Positions 57,033 to 64,000 of a DNA stretch of 64,000 bases are shown here, in pieces. The notes below the pieces were generated by a model. The model saw nothing but the letters and a program-made list of their open reading frames with translations, had not been told where the DNA came from and did no database searches. How positions within the stretch are numbered: position 1 is the stretch's first letter; each line of letters starts with the position of its first letter. Both the position numbers and the translations under genes were made by a program. The DNA is from Candidatus Parcubacteria bacterium. Its GTDB lineage: Bacteria; Patescibacteriota; Saccharimonadia; Saccharimonadales; UBA4665. The stretch covers positions 82,953 through 146,952 of the forward strand of contig JAEYSX010000003.1 in NCBI GenBank assembly GCA_023434325.1, given 5' to 3'.

Positions 57033-57102
57033 TATTTACTGTCCGGTAATCTGAGTCTTATGGACTAGAATTTATGATGATTTTGAATGGAGTGCGAGAC
57101 GT

Positions 57103-57474
57103 TTATTTTAGTTTTGGGTCGTCTTGGCCTTCTGAAAACTTAATAGAGAGCTCTTGGTGCAAATCGCGCACGGTGCGTTCGGTGTTTTCGATGTGTTGCC
57201 GTTGGTAATTAACGACGTAGAATAGGAATACGAGCGCGGTTGTTTGCACGATGTCGAACAGGCTGAGTTCGTCAGAGTCGAGCAGTGGTTTGCCGTTTAG
57301 GTAGTTGTACATAGGAAAAGAACCAACCAGGACTATGAGCACGAGCGCCCACAAGGCGATCTGACGCCAAAAACGCTCTTTGCTGACCTTGTTCATTTTG
57401 TACTGCGTGAGAATGGCGACGAAAGCCATCAGTATCAAAGGCAGGTTACATAAAACTAATACGATATATCTCAT
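57103..57474 (-). CDS. DUF2304-like small membrane protein (GacJ-like)
   Basis: Three TM helices plus a C-terminal coiled stretch (VRDLHQELS); overlaps the GT2 gene upstream. Confidence 0.65.
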   Translation of the reverse strand: MRYIVLVLCNLPLILMAFVAILTQYKMNKVSKERFWRQIALWALVLIVLVGSFPMYNYLNGKPLLDSDELSLFDIVQTTALVFLFYVVNYQRQHIENTERTVRDLHQELSIKFSEGQDDPKLK

Positions 57475-58187
57475 TCAAACATCTCCACTATCCTGCGTTT
57501 CAGTAGTGTCTTCAGAATATTGATGCCGTTCCAGTTGCTCTGGCCTCTGCCCTTGGATGTAGAATAAGAGGTGTAGATAACCTTGATCGGATATTCATCG
57601 ATACGCAGTTTTTGTTGTCGGGCTCTCCATAGCATCTCGGAGCAAACTTCGTAGCCATTCGTTTTCCATCGCAGGCTCTCTATGGAGCGACGGGAAAATA
57701 TGCGTAGGCCTGACTGTGAGTCGGTCACTCTTACTCCGAACAGCATGAATGTAATAAAGCTAAGTCCCCAGTTGCCGATGCGTTTGACCCAAGACATACC
57801 ACGAGGATTTATGAGGCGGCTGCCGATGAGTAGATCTGAATCGCCTTTTGAAAGGAGCTGCACCCCCCGTAGGACGTCTTTCGGGTTGTGTTGGCCGTCT
57901 GCGTCCGATGTAGCCACAATATCAAAGCCATTTTGACGAGCGTAGCTCAGGCCGGTAGCGAATGCGCCACCTTGCCCGGTGTTGAGTATGTGGCGGATAA
58001 CGTGTGCGCCGCCAAGACGCGCTTGTTTGGCAGTATCATCTTTCGAGCCGTCATCAACGACTATGACTTGCGCGTCAAATTCGCTTTTGCGAAAGGTGCT
58101 GCGTAATTCCGTAACAACATCACGAACAATACGCCCCTCATTATGAGCGGGTACTACTAAAGCAACACTTATTTTACTGTCTTTCAT
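57471..58187 (-). CDS. Polyprenyl-phosphate sugar synthase (DPM1/GacI-like GT2)
   Basis: VPAHNE, VDDGSKD, NTGQGGA, DADGQH, GSR, DSQSGLR. Confidence 0.88.
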   Translation of the reverse strand: MKDSKISVALVVPAHNEGRIVRDVVTELRSTFRKSEFDAQVIVVDDGSKDDTAKQARLGGAHVIRHILNTGQGGAFATGLSYARQNGFDIVATSDADGQHNPKDVLRGVQLLSKGDSDLLIGSRLINPRGMSWVKRIGNWGLSFITFMLFGVRVTDSQSGLRIFSRRSIESLRWKTNGYEVCSEMLWRARQQKLRIDEYPIKVIYTSYSTSKGRGQSNWNGINILKTLLKRRIVEMFE

Positions 58188-58287
58188 GAGTCTTCTGGTT
58201 CAATTCTACAGTAATATAGCGTCAAAATCGACCAGATGTAACTCTGTAGTGAGTATTGGCGTTTTTCAGTGGTATAATAGCTGGTAT

Positions 58288-59250
58288 ATGAAGATACTTG
58301 TGACTGGTGGTGCAGGCTATATCGGTAGCGTGGCAACCGTAATTTTACGTGAGGCGGGTCACGAAGTGGTGGTTTTGGACAATTTGTCTCAGGGGCACAA
58401 AGAAGCAGTTCCAGAGGGCGTAAGGCATATACAGTCCGATATCGCTAACATTACCGAGGTAATAAGCGCCGAGGATAAGTTTGATGCGGTTGTGCATCTC
58501 GCAGCCTTCATCGCAGCTGGCGAATCCATGGAGCAGCCAGAAAAATACTGGCACAACAACACGATCGGTACGCTAAGGCTCTTGGATGGAATGCGGGAGC
58601 TGGGAATACGCAAACTGGTATTTGCATCGACGGCTGCCGTTTACGGCAATCCCGATCGCGTGCCTATTACCGAAGATCTTTCTACGCATCCGACTAATAC
58701 ATACGGCATGACAAAGCTCGCCATAGATATGGCGATTACCAGTGAGGCGATCGCTCATGGACTTGCGGCAACCTCTTTGCGTTTCTTTAATGTGGCGGGC
58801 GCCTATGGCGAGGCAGGAGAACGGCATCAGCCCGAAACGCACATAATCCCGATCATACTAGAGGTTCTTGCGGGCAAGCGTAAGGCTTTTCAGTTGTACG
58901 GGGAGGATTATCCTACGCCCGACGGTACATGCATCCGCGATTATATTCATGTTGCCGACCTGGCGCGCGCTATGGTCTTGGCCCTTGATAAGCTCGAGGC
59001 TGGCAAGCACGCCATCTACAACTTAGGCAACGGGAGCGGCTTCTCTAATAAAGAGGTCATCGTTGCCGCAGAAGAAGTAGCCGGCAAAAAATTGTCCTAC
59101 ACTACCGCGCCACGCCGCGAAGGTGATCCTGCAATATTGGTCGCATCGAGCGTCAAGGCGCAACAAGAGCTAGGCTGGATTCCGCAGCGACCTTTGTTGC
59201 GCGATATGATAGCCGATGCCTGGCAGTTTATACGAAAGAATCAAAGCTAA
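58288..59250 (+). CDS. galE: UDP-glucose 4-epimerase
   Basis: VTGGAGYIGS, STAAVYG, YGMTK, LRFFNVAGA, DGTCIRDYIHV. Confidence 0.95.
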   Translation: MKILVTGGAGYIGSVATVILREAGHEVVVLDNLSQGHKEAVPEGVRHIQSDIANITEVISAEDKFDAVVHLAAFIAAGESMEQPEKYWHNNTIGTLRLLDGMRELGIRKLVFASTAAVYGNPDRVPITEDLSTHPTNTYGMTKLAIDMAITSEAIAHGLAATSLRFFNVAGAYGEAGERHQPETHIIPIILEVLAGKRKAFQLYGEDYPTPDGTCIRDYIHVADLARAMVLALDKLEAGKHAIYNLGNGSGFSNKEVIVAAEEVAGKKLSYTTAPRREGDPAILVASSVKAQQELGWIPQRPLLRDMIADAWQFIRKNQS

Positions 59251-59298
59251 AGACGACTTCTTTTGGAGCCGTCTTGTATTACAGATCGGTGCTGATAA

Positions 59299-60165
59299 CT
59301 ACTGATGCCGCAAAAGGCGAAGTAGGTACTCGCCGTATCCGGATTTGACCAGATCTTGCGTCAGGTCGACCAGTTGGCCGTCGTCGATGTAGCCTTCTTG
59401 CCAGGCGACTTCTTCGATGCAACCCACCTTGAGGCCGGTACGTTTTTCGATGACTTCTACGAACTGCGATGCATCTGTCATCGAGCCGAACGTTCCTGTG
59501 TCCAGCCAGGCGGTGCCGCGGTCCATGGTCTGGACACTCAGTTTACCTCGCTTGAGATACTCCGCGTTAACGGCAGTGATCTCGAGCTCGCCCCGCTCGC
59601 TTGGCGCAATATTTTTGGCGATATTCACAACGTCGTTGTCGTAAAAGTACAATCCGACCACCGCATAACTGGATTTTGGATCGGCAGGCTTTTCCTCGAT
59701 AGATACGGCTCTCATGTCGCCATCAAACTCTACGACGCCATAGCGCTCCGGGTCTGCGACCGGGTAAGCAAAGACGATGCCGCCATCCGGATCGGTGCAT
59801 TCTTTGAGGCTGTTGCCAAAGCCGTGGCCGTAAAAGATGTTATCGCCGAGCACCAATGCGACCTTGTCGTCACCGATGAACTCCTCGCCGATGATAAACG
59901 CTTGGGCAAGGCCGTCAGGACTTGGCTGAACGGCGTACTCGAATCGGCAGCCAAGCTGCGAGCCGTCGCCGAGTAAGCGCTGGAACTGCGGTTGGTCCTC
60001 GGGTGTGGTGATAATTAGAATTTCACGGATACCGGCCATCATAAGGGTAGACAACGGGTAATAGATCATCGGTTTATCGTATATGGGCATGAGCTGCTTG
60101 GAAATGCCCTTGGTGATGGGGTAGAGGCGGGTGCCCGACCCACCGGCAAGGATTATGCCTTTCAC
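59299..60165 (-). CDS. rmlA: Glucose-1-phosphate thymidylyltransferase
   Basis: [38 protein letters not shown]. Confidence 0.97.
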   Translation of the reverse strand: MKGIILAGGSGTRLYPITKGISKQLMPIYDKPMIYYPLSTLMMAGIREILIITTPEDQPQFQRLLGDGSQLGCRFEYAVQPSPDGLAQAFIIGEEFIGDDKVALVLGDNIFYGHGFGNSLKECTDPDGGIVFAYPVADPERYGVVEFDGDMRAVSIEEKPADPKSSYAVVGLYFYDNDVVNIAKNIAPSERGELEITAVNAEYLKRGKLSVQTMDRGTAWLDTGTFGSMTDASQFVEVIEKRTGLKVGCIEEVAWQEGYIDDGQLVDLTQDLVKSGYGEYLLRLLRHQ

Positions 60166-61019
60166 GCCAAGCCTCCTTGTTTGATGTAGTTGCGCAGATC
60201 GTCGCGCCAGTCGCGCAACATCAATCCGGTGGCTTTGATTTTACCCAAGTCGAGTGCGCTGTTGAGTGGGCGCGGAGACACGTTGGGCTTGCTGGCAAAA
60301 TATTCCTCGGTAGTGGTGTCGGTAACGGTAAGATCGGTTCGACTCAAGGCTTCGAAGATGGCGCGGGTAATGTCTGCCCAGCTGGCTGGCTCGCCATCGT
60401 TGCTGAGGTTATATGTGCCGTAAGGAGCGTTGGTTCCGAGTAAGTGGGCTATGCCGTCGACGAGTGTTCCGGTAAAGGTGAGGCGTCCGACTTGGTCGGC
60501 AACAACCGTAGGCGAAATATTCTTTTCGGCCAATCCTGCCATAGTACGTACAAAGTTGTGGCCGTCACCGATAACCCATGAGGTGCGCAAAATGTAGTGC
60601 TTTGGCGCGATACTGACAGCGATGTCGCCAGCTGCCTTGGTTTGTGCGTAGACACCCAGCGGCGCAAAGGTCTCTTCCTCGGTGTGAGGCGCCTTAGTGC
60701 CGTCAAATACGTAGTCACTCGAGAGGTGAACCAGGGTGATGTCGTGCAGGACGGCGATCTTTGACAAGTAGCCTACGGCGTGCGCGTTGACGTTCCATGC
60801 TGCCGCGCGGCCTTCGGGTGTTTCGGCGCCGTCGACGTTGGTGTAAGCGGCGGCGTTAAGAATAACATCTACCCCGGACCAATCGTACGAAGAAATCATA
60901 TCCCAGTCGGTCATGTCGAACGTGTCGCGGTCTACGGCTTTTGCGCCGGGGTACTTGGCCTGCAAGGCCTTGCCAAGCTGTCCATATGCGCCAATGATGA
61001 GTATGCGTGATTCGTCCAT
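60162..61019 (-). CDS. rmlD: dTDP-4-dehydrorhamnose reductase
   Basis: [29 protein letters not shown]. Confidence 0.94.
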   Translation of the reverse strand: MDESRILIIGAYGQLGKALQAKYPGAKAVDRDTFDMTDWDMISSYDWSGVDVILNAAAYTNVDGAETPEGRAAAWNVNAHAVGYLSKIAVLHDITLVHLSSDYVFDGTKAPHTEEETFAPLGVYAQTKAAGDIAVSIAPKHYILRTSWVIGDGHNFVRTMAGLAEKNISPTVVADQVGRLTFTGTLVDGIAHLLGTNAPYGTYNLSNDGEPASWADITRAIFEALSRTDLTVTDTTTEEYFASKPNVSPRPLNSALDLGKIKATGLMLRDWRDDLRNYIKQGGLA

Positions 61020-61621
61020 TATGCCTCCGTAGGTTTAATGTCTTTAAGCATTGGGTGATTCTTGTCTTTGTCCGAGATCAGGTCGTCGGATATGGTTATG
61101 GGCCAGTCAATTGCCAGATCAGGGTCGCGCAGGTTTACAAACGAGTACCGTGCGTCAGGGGACCAGTGAGCGTTTACGAGGTAGGTGTATACCAGGTCGT
61201 CGGTAAGCGCTTGGAATGAGTTGCCGCAACCTCGGGGTACAAAAATGGCGGTGTTGGGCGTGAGGTGAAAGGTTTCGACGTTGCCGAATGATTCGCCCGG
61301 GCGCAGGTCTACGATGGCGGCAAACGCCTCACCGTTAGCCAGCGATATAAATTTGTCCCAGGGTTCGGCGTGGATGCCTCGGGCTACGCCGCGGCTTTTG
61401 TTGAACGAAACATTGTTTTGGACAATGACAAAATCATCGATAGCCTTTCGGTGCTGGGCATCGATCGCGTCCAGTGCGGCTTTGATTTTTTGCTGCTGAT
61501 AATTTTCTTTAAACCATCCTCGATTATCGCCGCGCACATCCAACTGGAATTCAAATAAGCCCGGAATGGAGGTGCTTCTGGCTGTGAGGTCTTGACTGAT
61601 TGGTTCCCACGATTCACCCAT
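61019..61621 (-). CDS. rmlC: dTDP-4-dehydrorhamnose 3,5-epimerase
   Basis: GDNRGWFKE, RGIHAEPWDK, VPRGCGNSFQAL. Confidence 0.94.
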   Translation of the reverse strand: MGESWEPISQDLTARSTSIPGLFEFQLDVRGDNRGWFKENYQQQKIKAALDAIDAQHRKAIDDFVIVQNNVSFNKSRGVARGIHAEPWDKFISLANGEAFAAIVDLRPGESFGNVETFHLTPNTAIFVPRGCGNSFQALTDDLVYTYLVNAHWSPDARYSFVNLRDPDLAIDWPITISDDLISDKDKNHPMLKDIKPTEA

Positions 61622-62168
61622 TGATCTGCTCCTTTTTTAGATACTCCTTGGCGAGAAAATAAGCGGCTATGCCTGTGGCGCACCGAACTTCTCCTGACAT
61701 AATCATGGCATCCATTTCGTCAAAAGACAACTTCTTGAGCTCGAGAATGCCGTCCGTTTGGTCGAGTGTGTCGCTAACTTTTGTAAGCGAGCGCGCCAAA
61801 AATACCTTTGATTTAAATGTTGTCATGCCGGGCGCCGAGAACAATTCGCCGAGCAGTACCATATCCGCGGCCAGGAGACCCGTTTCTTCTTGTAACTCGC
61901 GCCGGGCGCTTTCGGCAGGGTCCTCGTGCTGGGGTGCCCGGCCCGCCACCGTTTCCCACAATTCTTTCTTGAGGGTATAGCGGTATTGGCGAACGAGGTA
62001 GGTGTTGCCGTCTTCGTCAACAGGGATGACATAAACGGAGTTATCTGTGGACTCGCAGTAGCCGTAGATCGTTTCTTTACCTGCCGGGTTAATGGCTTTG
62101 TCTTCGTGTACGCGCATGAACGGGTTTTCGTACGCGACACGTGAAGAGAGTGTTTTCCAGTCGCCCAC
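61614..62168 (-). CDS. NUDIX hydrolase (NDP-sugar/ADP-ribose pyrophosphatase-like)
   Basis: VRQYRY; Nudix box AG.....EDPAESARRELQEETG. Confidence 0.9.
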   Translation of the reverse strand: MGDWKTLSSRVAYENPFMRVHEDKAINPAGKETIYGYCESTDNSVYVIPVDEDGNTYLVRQYRYTLKKELWETVAGRAPQHEDPAESARRELQEETGLLAADMVLLGELFSAPGMTTFKSKVFLARSLTKVSDTLDQTDGILELKKLSFDEMDAMIMSGEVRCATGIAAYFLAKEYLKKEQING

Positions 62169-62171
62169 GGA

Positions 62172-63200
<1,029 letters not shown>

Positions 63201-63336
63201 TTAAGCAGTAAGTGCTGCGTTTAGTCCTATTTCTAAGACTTATAAGCTACCTAGCAAACTTATTTTATAATTTACCGATGAGTTTGTGCGTTGTCATTTA
63301 TGGATGTGCAGCTAAGTGCAATTTTTACAATGATGA

Positions 63337-64000
63337 TTACTTGCTCTCGACCGTTGATCGAATGGCTGCAATCATCTCGTCCATCGCCTCTTGTGTTTGA
63401 GCCTCGGCGTTAAGCTTGACTACCGGCTCGGTATTGCTGGCGCGAAGGTTGAACCATTTGTCAGGGTAGTTGACGGTAATACCGTCTAGCCAGTCTTGTT
63501 CGCCGTCATTAAAGGCTTCGGCAACGCGTTGCAGTACCGCCTGCGGGTCATCCGTTTTAAAGCTGATCTCTGGAGGCATAACGTAGCGGCGGTACTCATC
63601 AGCCAGCTCGGACAGCTTTTTTCCGGAGTCGCCGATGGCCTGCATGGCGACGAGGGCGGTGATCATGCCGGAGTCGGCCTCGTAATTCTCTTTAAAGAAG
63701 AAGTGGCCGGTGGTTTCGCCGCCAAAGTGTGCGCCGACTTCGCGTAGTTTTGCGCCGATTGATGTACGGCCGGCTTTGGTGCGCACTGGCTGGCCGCCCC
63801 ATTCTTTGATGAGTTCTAGGGTTGCACGCGAGGTGCGTACCTCGTGCACAATCTGCGTGCCAGGGAATTGTTGCAGGTAGTAATGAGCGACAATGGCCAA
63901 AAGGTCGGTGCCCGGCACGGGGCGGCCCTTGTCGTCTACAAAGGCTGCACGGTCGCCGTCGCCGTCAAAGGCGATGCCAAAATCTAGGTTTTGGCTGACG
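63337..64000 (-). CDS. Phosphomannomutase/phosphoglucomutase (C-terminal part; start outside the window)
   Basis: Frame open to the window edge; GIAFDGDGDR, FGGETTGH, NLRASNTEP. Confidence 0.92.
   Translation of the reverse strand, partial: VSQNLDFGIAFDGDGDRAAFVDDKGRPVPGTDLLAIVAHYYLQQFPGTQIVHEVRTSRATLELIKEWGGQPVRTKAGRTSIGAKLREVGAHFGGETTGHFFFKENYEADSGMITALVAMQAIGDSGKKLSELADEYRRYVMPPEISFKTDDPQAVLQRVAEAFNDGEQDWLDGITVNYPDKWFNLRASNTEPVVKLNAEAQTQEAMDEMIAAIRSTVESK

Overview
Chromosomal segment around the replication origin of a Patescibacteria (CPR) bacterium, most likely Saccharibacteria/TM7. This assignment is inferred from gene content and style; the genes read in standard code 11. The left part holds three membrane-anchored low-complexity proteins (one >840 aa, absent from the ORF track), tsaD, a ~570-nt promoter-driven, ORF-free, densely foldable region before valS (candidate undescribed large ncRNA), valS, a ZIP/Zur pair, an XRE-HAD fusion, membrane proteins, four tRNAs (three Ser, one Arg-GCG), comF and hsp20. 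Next is a type IV secretion-like locus with no relaxase in the window: six VirB2/TrbC-like pilins, VirB6-like, PrgI, TrsD-like, VirB4 and a dual cell-wall hydrolase. It abuts recF-dnaN-oriC-dnaA, followed by rpmH-rnpA-yidC-jag. The right part is a ~23-kb surface-glycan cluster: Wzm/Wzt, rhamnosyltransferases, a pyruvyltransferase with a coiled coil, a GacI/J/L-like side-chain module, a WaaL-like transferase, galE, rmlABCD and a partial phosphomannomutase. Many genes have a -10 hexamer 6-9 nt before the ATG, suggesting widespread leaderless mRNAs. All family calls come from motif recognition by eye; no searches were run.
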